Shown piece by piece: positions 20,776 to 29,515 of a stretch of 64,000 nucleotides of DNA. The notes beneath the pieces are model-generated. The model searched no databases. It was not told the origin of the DNA and saw nothing but the letters and a program-made list of their open reading frames with translations. Position numbers and translations under genes: made by a program. This DNA is from Syntrophales bacterium (GTDB taxonomy: Bacteria > Desulfobacterota > Syntrophia > Syntrophales > UBA2210), in contig DAISYQ010000012.1 in assembly GCA_036825195.1 (NCBI GenBank), positions 1,241 to 65,240 of the forward strand, in the 5' to 3' direction. The number at the start of each line of letters is the position of its first letter. Position 1 is the stretch's first letter.

Positions 20776-21419
20776 TATATATTCTCCCTTACAGGCAGTC
20801 CGGACAGGGAAAAATCAACAATGTGTTGTACCAGCCTGTCCTTGAATGGTTGATCATAGGCATGCCCGATAATGTTCGATACCGGTAACCGGGCAAAATT
20901 GAAGTACAGAACCATCGAAAAGATACTGAGAATATTGAGGACCGTGCGTTCTTCATCTATGTTCTCATGCAGATAGGGCCGAAGAATTTCCCCCAGCCCT
21001 TCCATGTATGGTTTCATGGTCTCCGCCATTACGATTTCGAAGGCCTCTGTGGGTTTGTTCATCTCACGGATCATCAGCTGAGAATGGCACAGACGCTCTT
21101 CATCCGTAAGGGGACCCTTGATGACGGCCTCGGCCAGGGATTGGATTACGGCCGCGGGCGATATCTCACCATAACCGACAAGGTTTTTTTGAAACTGTTC
21201 CCGGATGCGCTGTGCCCGGGGCATCCACCGTTCACGGAACACGTTCAGGTAGAGGGTTTTCTTGTTGCCGAAGTGATAATTGACCGCGGCGAGGTTGCAT
21301 TTTGCAACATGCGTAATTTCCCGAACACTTACCCCGTAGTAACCCTTCTGAGCGAACAGCATCTCTGCGGATTTCAACAGGCGCTCTCTGGTTGTTTTAT
21401 TCTCGTTACCAGGAACCAT
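20775..21419 (-). CDS. TetR/AcrR family transcriptional regulator
   Basis: 214-aa ORF with N-terminal HTH RERLLKSAEMLFAQKGYYGVSVREITHVAKCNLAAVNYHFGNK. It is the first gene of the efflux operon. Confidence 0.9.
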   Translation of the reverse strand: MVPGNENKTTRERLLKSAEMLFAQKGYYGVSVREITHVAKCNLAAVNYHFGNKKTLYLNVFRERWMPRAQRIREQFQKNLVGYGEISPAAVIQSLAEAVIKGPLTDEERLCHSQLMIREMNKPTEAFEIVMAETMKPYMEGLGEILRPYLHENIDEERTVLNILSIFSMVLYFNFARLPVSNIIGHAYDQPFKDRLVQHIVDFSLSGLPVRENI

Positions 21420-21449
21420 GATGGGACCTCCTTCGAATAAATGCCTGTA

Positions 21450-21465
21450 TCAAACGAACGTTTGA
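21450..21465. promoter_or_regulatory. candidate TetR operator (perfect palindrome)
   Basis: TCAAACGAACGTTTGA is a perfect 7-bp inverted repeat with a 2-nt centre. It lies 31 nt upstream of the tetR start codon. Confidence 0.5.
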
Positions 21466-21616
21466 ATGTCAAAGTATTTTTGGATTGATCCGTAAGGACT
21501 CAACGGGTTCGGGAGCTGAAGTGTTTAGGGTATGGGAATTTTCAACGAAAGGTCGTATTTTTGAGGAACCATACGCACATACCTGACCGAGCGTAGAAAT
21601 TGGTACAGTATTTTGA

Positions 21617-21649
21617 AAGGCGCCCCGTGGGTGTTGCCTGGGGCGCCTT
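21617..21649 (-). terminator. strong hairpin terminator downstream of the ATP-grasp gene
   Basis: Perfect 10-bp GC-rich stem AAGGCGCCCC/GGGGCGCCTT with a 13-nt loop, about 20 nt past the stop at 21670. T-rich runs flank it on both strands. Confidence 0.65.
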
Positions 21650-21669
21650 CAGGTTTTCTTTCCGGATCG

Positions 21670-22344
21670 TTACGAATCGCTGAGTACGACCAGGGCGTCA
21701 ACGGCAATCGGTTTGTCTCCAGAAATAATGACGGGATTGATATCTATCTCCGCAATCCGGTCATAGGCGACTCCAAGATCACCAATTCCCACCAGGGCCT
21801 TGACGAGAGCGTTTTTGTCAACGGCGGGGTTTCCGCGAAATTCGTCCAGAAGTTTGCTGGTCTTTATCTCTCCTATCATTTCAAGGGCGTCGATCTCGGT
21901 GATGGGGGCTACCCTGAAACTGACATCGTTGAGGACCTCCGTGAATATGCCGCCGAGGCCGAACATGACGCACGGGCCGAATTGGGGATCACGGGTAAGG
22001 CCGATGACGAATTCCCTCACCCCCTTGATCATCTCCTGAACCAGCACACCGTCAAGCTCCACGCCTGCTTTCGTGATGTCATCATAGGCCCGGGTGACAT
22101 CGTCCCCGCTGCCCAGGTTCAGTTTGACCATTCCCATCTCCGTCTTGTGGGCCAGCGTGCTTGAACACCCCTTCAGTACGACCGGGAATCCAAGTTCTTC
22201 GGCAAGTCTGACGGCTTCTTCTCTGGAAGTAGCGAGACCTTCTCGTGTTATGGCAACTCCCGCAGATTCTATGACACGCTTAGAATCGTACTCTGACAGG
22301 GCCTTCTGTTTTCTGTCGATTGCCCTCTGCAGTATCTCTTTCAT
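21670..22344 (-). CDS. stand-alone ATP-grasp domain protein (beta-domain of ADP-forming acetyl-CoA synthetase family)
   Basis: 224-aa ORF. LSEYDSKRVIESAGVAITREGLATSREEAVRLAEELGFPVVLKG... resembles the ATP-grasp part of NDP-forming acyl-CoA synthetases. Confidence 0.7.
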   Translation of the reverse strand: MKEILQRAIDRKQKALSEYDSKRVIESAGVAITREGLATSREEAVRLAEELGFPVVLKGCSSTLAHKTEMGMVKLNLGSGDDVTRAYDDITKAGVELDGVLVQEMIKGVREFVIGLTRDPQFGPCVMFGLGGIFTEVLNDVSFRVAPITEIDALEMIGEIKTSKLLDEFRGNPAVDKNALVKALVGIGDLGVAYDRIAEIDINPVIISGDKPIAVDALVVLSDS

Positions 22345-22409
22345 TGATTATTCTCTCCCTGTTTAGACAAGGCGGCATATACCGCCGTGCCAAAGTATAT
22401 GATTTGATG

Positions 22410-24302
22410 TTATGTCCCCAGACCTAACTCTTTTGCCGCCTCTTCAATACCGAGAAGGACTGATTCGTCTTCGATCGTTGATGGGACGGTATACGTCTCG
22501 CCGTTGGCTATCTTGCGCATGGTTGCCCTCAGTATCTTACCGGAACGGGTCTTGGGAAGGGCCTTGACGATAGCGCACTGTTTGAAACAGGCAACGGCTC
22601 CGATATCCGACCTCACCATCTGTACCAGTTCCTTGACGATATCGTCCGGGTTTCGATCGACCCCTGATTTCAGGACGGCGAATCCGACGGGGACTTGGCC
22701 CTTGAGCTGCTCATTCGCGCCAAGGACGGCGCATTCCGCCACGTCCTTGTGTTTTGCCACCACCTCTTCCATGGCTCCGGTGGAAAGCCGGTGCCCTGCC
22801 ACATTGATCACATCGTCCATACGTCCCATGATAAAGAGATACCCGTCTTCGTCGACATGCCCTCCGTCGCCGGTGACGTAAAATCCCGGTATCTCGGTTA
22901 CGTATTCCAGAAATCGCTTGTCATCCTTCCACAGGGTCGGCAGGCACCCGGGGGGCAGGGGAAGCTTGATGGCAATAATACCGTCTTCTCCAGTTGGGAT
23001 CTCGTTCCCCTCCGAGTCCACGATTTGCACATTGTAGCCGGGGACGGCCTTTGTGGGGGACCCAGCCTTGACCGGAAAGGGTTCGATGCCCATGCAGTTG
23101 GCGGCAATACCCCACCCCGTTTCCGTTTGCCACCAGTGGTCGATGACCGGTATGTTCAGCATGGAGGATGCCCAGTGGTATGTATCGGGATCGAGCCTCT
23201 CGCCGGCGAGAAAGAGGTACCGCAGGGAACCGATATCGTATTTTTTCAGATAATCGGCCTGTGGGTCTTCCTTCTTGATGGCACGGAATGCCGTCGGGGC
23301 CGTAAACAGTACGGAGACACCGTGCTCTGAGATGACGCGCCAGAAGGCTCCGGGATCGGGTGTTCCGACCGGTTTCCCTTCGTATACGATGGTCGTGCAC
23401 CCTGCAAGTAGGGGCGCATACACGATGTACGAATGACCGACTACCCAACCCACGTCCGATGCCGCCCAATAGACTTCGCCCGGATTGACGCCGTAGAGGT
23501 ATTTCATGGTCCATTTCAGGGCGACGGCATGACCGCCGTTGTCACGCATGACCCCTTTCGGCTTGCCCGTTGTTCCTGACGTATAGAGAATATACAGAGG
23601 GTCCGTCGCCGTCACTGCGACACAGTCCGCCGGCTGTGCCGAACTCATCAGGGCCTCCCAGTCGAAGTCACGACCCGGGACAAGAGGGGCTTCAATTTGC
23701 GGACGCTGGAAGATGACACACTTCTCCGGCTTATGATCGGATATTTCGATTGCCGCGTCCAGGAGCGGTTTGTAGGGAATGACCTTTTTCCCTTCGACGC
23801 CGCAGGATGCCGAGACAATGACCTTTGGTTTCGCGTCATCGATGCGGATAGCCAGTTCGTTGGGAGCGAAACCTCCAAATACGACGGAATGCACGGCGCC
23901 TATCCTCGCACAGGCGAGCATGGCAACCGGAGCTTCCGGGATCATGGGCATATAGATGACAACCGTATCTCCCTTTGACACGCCAAGATCTCTCAAGGCA
24001 CCCGCAAATGTTGAAACTTTCGTCAGAAGCTCACCGTAGGTTATTTTTTGTACGGTGTCTGTCACGGGGCTGTCATAGATTATTGCCGTCTGATCGCCCC
24101 TGCCATTCTGTACGTGATAATCAAGGGCGTTATAGCAGGTGTTCAGCATGCCCCCCACAAACCACCGGTAAAAAGGTTTGTTGGTGTCATCCAGTACCGT
24201 GTCCCACTTTCTCTCCCACTGTACCGCCTCTGCAGCCTCTCCCCAGAACTGATCAGGATGATTAATAGAACGTTCGTAGATTGTAGAATAATCCGCTGTC
24301 AT
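22410..24302 (-). CDS. prpE: propionate--CoA ligase (AMP-forming acyl-CoA synthetase)
   Basis: 630-aa ORF, colinear by eye with E. coli PrpE. Shared segments include YERSINHPDQFW, YTSGTTGKPKGV, GWVVGHSYIVYAPLLAG, DHWWQTETGW, DDVINVAGHRL and LPKTRSGK. Confidence 0.85.
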   Translation of the reverse strand: MTADYSTIYERSINHPDQFWGEAAEAVQWERKWDTVLDDTNKPFYRWFVGGMLNTCYNALDYHVQNGRGDQTAIIYDSPVTDTVQKITYGELLTKVSTFAGALRDLGVSKGDTVVIYMPMIPEAPVAMLACARIGAVHSVVFGGFAPNELAIRIDDAKPKVIVSASCGVEGKKVIPYKPLLDAAIEISDHKPEKCVIFQRPQIEAPLVPGRDFDWEALMSSAQPADCVAVTATDPLYILYTSGTTGKPKGVMRDNGGHAVALKWTMKYLYGVNPGEVYWAASDVGWVVGHSYIVYAPLLAGCTTIVYEGKPVGTPDPGAFWRVISEHGVSVLFTAPTAFRAIKKEDPQADYLKKYDIGSLRYLFLAGERLDPDTYHWASSMLNIPVIDHWWQTETGWGIAANCMGIEPFPVKAGSPTKAVPGYNVQIVDSEGNEIPTGEDGIIAIKLPLPPGCLPTLWKDDKRFLEYVTEIPGFYVTGDGGHVDEDGYLFIMGRMDDVINVAGHRLSTGAMEEVVAKHKDVAECAVLGANEQLKGQVPVGFAVLKSGVDRNPDDIVKELVQMVRSDIGAVACFKQCAIVKALPKTRSGKILRATMRKIANGETYTVPSTIEDESVLLGIEEAAKELGLGT

Positions 24303-24711
24303 CTCATTCCCTTCCTTTCCTTATCACTTTTTATTTTCCCCCTGACAAATGGCCCGGTACATCCGACCTTTATCGCATCAATGATCATGGCTTGTCCGAC
24401 GCATCAAGCATCAGCCTCTCCTGAGCCGCCATATCGTTACTGCTTCCATCTATTGCTCCGAACATGGGAGGCATACATGGTGCTTCTTGTAGGAGGTGGC
24501 AGAAAAAGAACGAAACTACCCGTATGAAATAAGCCACTCTCTATAGTGACCATCCGATCTCGTGACGTCCGAAAGGGCGCACCATATCGTTATTCCCCTG
24601 TCTCTTCAAGAAAAAGTTTTTATACACCTTTCGCATCCGCCTCTTTCCGCTGCCCGGTAGGGTAGTGAATTCCCGAGAGTCTCTTCCTGGAGAATAACGG
24701 ATCGCACGCCT

Positions 24712-25254
24712 CTATTTGCCGCTGTCGTCGGAGGAGGCATATGCCTTTTTCCTCTTTTCAAGTTCGGCGGAATATCGATCTCTCAACAGCTGGAGCAAGG
24801 AGACGACCGTTGCGTAGATAAAGTTTCCGTCCTCGTTCCCTTCCTGTTTGACGACGGATTTGACCTGCTCGAAATCTTCGAGCTGTTCCTCGATGGAGAG
24901 GATCTCCTGCTCGAACTGACGGATGATGTTCTCCCTGTCGAGGAATCTGAAAAAGAACAGCTTCACGAGAAAGTCGAAGTCATAATCCATGGGATTCGAC
25001 GCCCCGACAAGGCTTTGCATAAAGAGTTCTTTTCCCGCATTGGTTATGGTGTACACGTGTTTGTTGGGCTTGCCGGTTTGAAAAACCACCTCTTTCTTTA
25101 CCAGGTTTGCCGTTTCGAGTTTTCGCAATGCGGGATAGATCTGGTTGAGACTCAGGTTATACGCAACCATCATCTTTCCGGTGATGTGCTTTATTTTGTA
25201 TCCGGTTTTCGGGCCCGACATGAGAAAGCCGAGTATCATCGTGCCTGTATCCAT
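24712..25254 (-). CDS. PadR family transcriptional regulator
   Basis: 180-aa ORF with N-terminal winged-helix GYKIKHITGKMMVAYNLSLNQIYPALRKLETANLVKKEV and a C-terminal coiled-coil domain. Confidence 0.85.
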   Translation of the reverse strand: MDTGTMILGFLMSGPKTGYKIKHITGKMMVAYNLSLNQIYPALRKLETANLVKKEVVFQTGKPNKHVYTITNAGKELFMQSLVGASNPMDYDFDFLVKLFFFRFLDRENIIRQFEQEILSIEEQLEDFEQVKSVVKQEGNEDGNFIYATVVSLLQLLRDRYSAELEKRKKAYASSDDSGK

Positions 25255-25412
25255 AAATATCTCCTGAAAATATCTTTCACAAAACCAATGTATAGTAATA
25301 TATCTTTTTGGAAAATATGGAAATAGATGTCATATGTCAAGATAATTATTGAACAGAAACATGAACAATCAGATCAGGTGTAGACCAATGTATAGGAAAT
25401 ATGAAGTGGGTC

Positions 25413-25460
25413 GATCGATACGCCTCTCCCACACTCTTGTTCCCGATCGTCACACGCAGC
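25413..25460 (-). repeat. 48-nt conserved element, copy A (upstream of padR)
   Basis: Hand alignment with 26753-26800 gives 36 of 48 identical positions (GATCGATA..CCTCTCC....CTTGTTCCC....TCAC.C.CAGC), in the same orientation. Confidence 0.5.
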
Positions 25461-25829
25461 CGCGTATTCCGGGGACATCTTACTTATGGCATGCATCGGA
25501 CCTGTATCGTGTTTTTGAATTGGGTGTTATGTCCCTGGATAACGCGTATCCGGTTCAATACGGGGTGCTCACCAAAGCCTCTTTTAATGTCGTGGTAACA
25601 GGCACTGCTGAGAATAAAGTCCTTGGCTTTAGCTGCTAGAAAGACGTTCACTGCGGTGCCCAGAGAATTCACCTTCTCCCTATCGCCCAAGACAATGCTT
25701 TTTGATCTGGCGCAAGTACTGGCCAGATGTGAGAGAACGATGTGAACGGAGATAAAGATCGAATGCCGGAGACAACTCGGCAACCCCTGCCATTCAACAA
25801 TTATTATTGCAGGTACATCGATTTGCCGA

Positions 25830-26678
25830 TCACGGCCCAAAGGGGTTGTATATGGGTAAAGGATTAATGTCGGCGTAATAATCCTCTAATTCTTCAATTG
25901 TAAAGGGCCGGTTTTTTTTGTTCACATATTCTTCCACCGGCGAACGCCACAGTGCGGTTTTCACTCCGTTGAATGTGAGGCACTGGCCATTTAATTTTGA
26001 TGCGGCGTCACTAACCAGCCAGACCAACCCCTGTGCTACGTCTTCCGGCTCTCCATACCCTAGTTCCGCTGCAGTTTTCCCAGAATTGTCTATAAATGGT
26101 TGGGTCATATCACTGCGGGATAATGGGCACATAGCGTTACAGCGAATATTGTAACGTTGTAGTTCTTTGGCTACGGTGTACATAATTCCCATTAGACCAG
26201 CCTTGGCGGCTGCGTAGTTTGTTTGTCCAAAATTTCCCACCAGTCCAGATGCTGAAGTGATCTGTATGATGTGGCCGCCGCCCTGCTCCCGCATTGCCAA
26301 GGCCGCCTGTCGAGTGCACATAAAAGGCCCCCGCAGATTCACGGCGATGACCTTGTCAAAATCTTCATCGCTCATTTTCATCAAGGTACGATCACGCACG
26401 ATCCCGGCATTGTTAATCATTACATCAATGCCTCCGAACTTGTCGACGCATGTGTCCACCAGGGCTGAGCAGACTTCTGATTCAGTGATTGAACCCTCCA
26501 CCGCATAGACGTCAGCACCCAGTACCGCTATTTCCTCGCGCACCTTATGCAAGGCCTCTGCGTTTGTGCCATTGATAATAAGAGAAGCTCCCTCCGCAGC
26601 CATTGCCAAAGCAAAGTGACGTCCAAGACTTCTGGATGACCCTGTTATAACAATGCGTTTTCCTCCTAGTCGACCCAT
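25830..26678 (-). CDS. SDR family oxidoreductase
   Basis: 282-aa ORF with Rossmann motif ITGSSRSLG, NNAG, and catalytic S...YAAAK. Confidence 0.9.
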   Translation of the reverse strand: MGRLGGKRIVITGSSRSLGRHFALAMAAEGASLIINGTNAEALHKVREEIAVLGADVYAVEGSITESEVCSALVDTCVDKFGGIDVMINNAGIVRDRTLMKMSDEDFDKVIAVNLRGPFMCTRQAALAMREQGGGHIIQITSASGLVGNFGQTNYAAAKAGLMGIMYTVAKELQRYNIRCNAMCPLSRSDMTQPFIDNSGKTAAELGYGEPEDVAQGLVWLVSDAASKLNGQCLTFNGVKTALWRSPVEEYVNKKNRPFTIEELEDYYADINPLPIYNPFGP

Positions 26679-26715
26679 TTGTATCTCCTTTAAAGACTTT
26701 CTTTAGCGTAAAATT

Positions 26716-26745
26716 ACTATAAAAAAATATGATATTGCGTGTCAA
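26716..26745 (-). promoter_or_regulatory. candidate sigma70 promoter of the SDR gene
   Basis: Minus strand reads TTGACA, then 18 nt, then TATAGT. It lies about 35-65 nt upstream of ATG 26678. Confidence 0.35.
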
Positions 26746-26752
26746 GTGATCA

Positions 26753-26800
26753 GATCGATATCCCTCTCCTGTACGCTTGTTCCCCACAATCACGCACAGC
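26753..26800 (-). repeat. 48-nt conserved element, copy B (upstream of SDR gene)
   Basis: See copy A. This copy lies immediately upstream of the candidate -35 box of the SDR gene. Confidence 0.5.
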
Positions 26801-26820
26801 GAATCGAGGAAAAATTTCCC

Positions 26821-26849
26821 TTGACACGTCAATTCGATTTCTTTATTGT
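26821..26849 (+). promoter_or_regulatory. candidate sigma70 promoter of the ABC uptake operon
   Basis: TTGACA, then 17 nt, then TATTGT. It lies about 130 nt upstream of the first permease ATG. Confidence 0.3.
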
Positions 26850-26976
26850 GACTTCATGTTATAAAGGCGCTTTTTTTCTTTTGTAAAATTCAGGAATTGA
26901 CTCTTCCTGCAACGGTCGGGTTTCCGGGCGATATATTATCCCTTTTGAAGAGATAACAGAAGATAGAGGTGTCTTT

Positions 26977-28047
26977 ATGGATATGAAGCGTGAGTATTAT
27001 GAGGACATCGAACTTATCGGAAGCGGTGTCGTTCTTTTCTGGTCATCGGCATTTCTCATTTTTCTTTTTACCCTTCCCATCTATACACCCAATTATTACA
27101 TCTATCTCCTGAATATCATACTGGTACACGTGATCCTTGCGGTGGGCCTTAATATCCTCGTCGGATACACCGGCCAGATATCGCTGGGACATGCCGGGTT
27201 CTTCGCCATAGGAGCCTATGGCACCGTCTTTTTGATGACCCATTTTCAGGTGCCTTTTATCTGTGCCCTTCCCCTGGCGGCTTGTATCGCGGCGTTTTTC
27301 GGGTTTATCCTCGGTCTGCCGGCTTTGAGACTGGAGGGACCCTATCTGGCGATCGCGACCCTTGGTTTTGGCCTGGCCATCATGCATGTCATAGGCAGAT
27401 GGGACATCTTTGGGGGCAGGATGGGACTCCATGCCCCTCCGCTGGATCTCGGGATACCGGCAATAGGCTTCAGCTGGGTGCTGGAATCCGATGTCGGCAT
27501 GTACTATCTGATACTGGTCATCGCCATTATTCTGATCGTGAGCGCCATCAATCTCATGAAGACCCGTGTTGGAAGGGCGTTTGTCGCAATCAGAGACAGC
27601 GATATCGCGGCTGAGGTGATGGGGGTGAATCTCACCATCTACAAGACCCTCTCTTTTGCCATAAGCGCATTCTACGCGGGGGTAGCGGGGGGATTGTTCG
27701 CGTTTGTATGCGGTTTCTTCGATCCCTTCACCTTTAATATGATCCTTTCCATTGTGTTCCTCGTCATGGTGGTTGTCGGTGGATTGGGCTCGATCCTTGG
27801 GTCGATCATGGGCGCCACCCTGATAACATACCTGCAGTACGATCTGCTGAAGAATGTATCCGAGGCTCCGTATATCGGAGAGTATCTCGTCACCATCTCC
27901 AGAAAATGGTTTACCGTGATCGGACTGGAAAATTTCGGGAGTATCGCCCTCGGTCTTATCATGATCGGCATCATCATATTCGAACCGCTCGGTATGTACG
28001 GCGTGTGGATTCGAATAAAGAAATACTGGATGACGTGGCCCTTTTAA
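26977..28047 (+). CDS. branched-chain-amino-acid-type ABC transporter permease (LivM-like)
   Basis: 356-aa polytopic membrane ORF with the LivM-like segment ILVGYTGQISLGHAGFFAIGAY. Confidence 0.88.
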   Translation: MDMKREYYEDIELIGSGVVLFWSSAFLIFLFTLPIYTPNYYIYLLNIILVHVILAVGLNILVGYTGQISLGHAGFFAIGAYGTVFLMTHFQVPFICALPLAACIAAFFGFILGLPALRLEGPYLAIATLGFGLAIMHVIGRWDIFGGRMGLHAPPLDLGIPAIGFSWVLESDVGMYYLILVIAIILIVSAINLMKTRVGRAFVAIRDSDIAAEVMGVNLTIYKTLSFAISAFYAGVAGGLFAFVCGFFDPFTFNMILSIVFLVMVVVGGLGSILGSIMGATLITYLQYDLLKNVSEAPYIGEYLVTISRKWFTVIGLENFGSIALGLIMIGIIIFEPLGMYGVWIRIKKYWMTWPF

Positions 28048-28108
28048 TCATGGTGTTTGAAAACCGGATGCCCTGCGGCATTCAGGAACACATTCATGCG
28101 GAGAGCAT

Positions 28109-28981
28109 ATGATAGGACAACTGATTGTTGAAGGTCTGGCCATAGGGGCCTGCTACGGGCTCATGGCCATAGGCGTGGTGATCATATACAAGACATCCGA
28201 GGTGGTAAACTTTGCCCAGGGTGAGATGGCGATGTTTTCAACGTTCATAGCCTATCATATTCTGGTTCACTATCACGTTCCGTTCTGGCAGGCCTTTATG
28301 ATCACCATGGTGTTCGCCATTCTGCTCGGTGTCTTCATAGAATGGGCCTTTCTCCGTCCCGCCAAAGAACCCACGGCCCTCGGGCTTATCGTGATTACCC
28401 TCGGAGCCGAAATGCTCCTCATGGGACTGGCTGGATGGAAGTGGGGTGCGGAACAGAAGGCCTTTGAAATCCCCATGTCGTTCGAAGTTACCCACGAACC
28501 GATACGGGGGGTTATCGTAAGCGACTGGGCGATCGGTGTGTTTGTCATAGCCGCCATCCTTATGATCCTTCTCTACCTGTTCTTCCAGTATACCCGTCTG
28601 GGGGTGGCGATGAAGGCAACACAGCAGAATAAAAACGCCGCAAAAATCATGGGTGTCCGTGTGGAGCGGATGTTTTCCCTCGCCTGGGGGATGAGTTCAC
28701 TCATGGGTGCCGTGGCCGCCATGTTCTTTGCTTCGAGGGCGACGCTGGACCCCAACTTCATGATGGAACCATTTCTCAGGGCATTTGCGGCCGCCGTTCT
28801 GGGAGGACTGATGAGCATCCCGGGTGTTCTTATCGGAGGGGGGCTCCTCGGCCTGATAGAAAACTTCTTCGGCTTCGTGTGGCCCGAGTGGAAACCGATC
28901 GTTGCCTTTCTCGTAATCGTGCTTGTTCTCTGTATCCGGCCCAGCGGTCTTTTTGCGAAGCATTATGTAAAGAAGGTATAG
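28109..28981 (+). CDS. branched-chain-amino-acid-type ABC transporter permease (LivH-like)
   Basis: 290-aa polytopic membrane ORF with the LivH-like N-terminus GLAIGACYGLMAIGVVIIYKTSEVVNFAQGEMAM. Confidence 0.88.
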   Translation: MIGQLIVEGLAIGACYGLMAIGVVIIYKTSEVVNFAQGEMAMFSTFIAYHILVHYHVPFWQAFMITMVFAILLGVFIEWAFLRPAKEPTALGLIVITLGAEMLLMGLAGWKWGAEQKAFEIPMSFEVTHEPIRGVIVSDWAIGVFVIAAILMILLYLFFQYTRLGVAMKATQQNKNAAKIMGVRVERMFSLAWGMSSLMGAVAAMFFASRATLDPNFMMEPFLRAFAAAVLGGLMSIPGVLIGGGLLGLIENFFGFVWPEWKPIVAFLVIVLVLCIRPSGLFAKHYVKKV

Positions 28982-29019
28982 CGGTCACAGTACCGGCACC
29001 GGATGATGGGGGGAATGCA

Positions 29020-29475
29020 TTGAAGACTTCGGCTTTGCGCGTAGAGATCCCAACCCTTTTGTTCGTTATCCTTTTTGTCTTTCAGGGGTGCAGTACCCTT
29101 GAAGGGAAGCTGTCACTCTTTTTTGAGAAGCCCCGCATAGAAAAGGCTGCCGAGCGGTATTTTGCCGCCGAGATTAACAGGAACTGTGAGGATGTGTATG
29201 ACTGCCTCGCCCCTTCATCCATATACCGTTCCACACACACCTACGGGGACTATCTGGAGCAGACACGGAACTCACCCGTGAGGATCAAGGGGTATCGAAT
29301 TCTGAACATTCACGATCTGCGGGGAAATCACGACAAGGGAACATACCCGGCAGTAGAAAAGTTCGTGCGCGTCGAGGTCGATGTAACGCTGTTGTATGAC
29401 GACACACATGAAACGATGGAGGTTAATCAGGACTTCACATTCATCAAAGAAGGGGGGAAGTGGTACAAGGGATAA
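29020..29475 (+). CDS. small lipoprotein of unknown function embedded in the ABC operon
   Basis: The ORF is open from 28879 but overlaps the livH-like gene. An in-frame TTG at 29020 gives (M)KTSALRVEIPTLLFVILFVFQGC with a lipobox. The start codon is uncertain. Confidence 0.5.
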   Translation: MKTSALRVEIPTLLFVILFVFQGCSTLEGKLSLFFEKPRIEKAAERYFAAEINRNCEDVYDCLAPSSIYRSTHTYGDYLEQTRNSPVRIKGYRILNIHDLRGNHDKGTYPAVEKFVRVEVDVTLLYDDTHETMEVNQDFTFIKEGGKWYKG

Positions 29476-29515
29476 ACGTTACTATAAATAATATATGGTA
29501 GAGAGGGGGAATAAT

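Noticed and set aside
22371-22393. TTGGCAC-containing sequence plus small hairpin between prpE and the ATP-grasp gene, considered as a sigma54 promoter
   Set aside because: On the minus strand, TGGCAC is followed by GGCGGTATATGC. The GC dinucleotide is 3 nt too far from the GG for the GG-N10-GC spacing. The 5-bp hairpin is noted only as an intercistronic structure.
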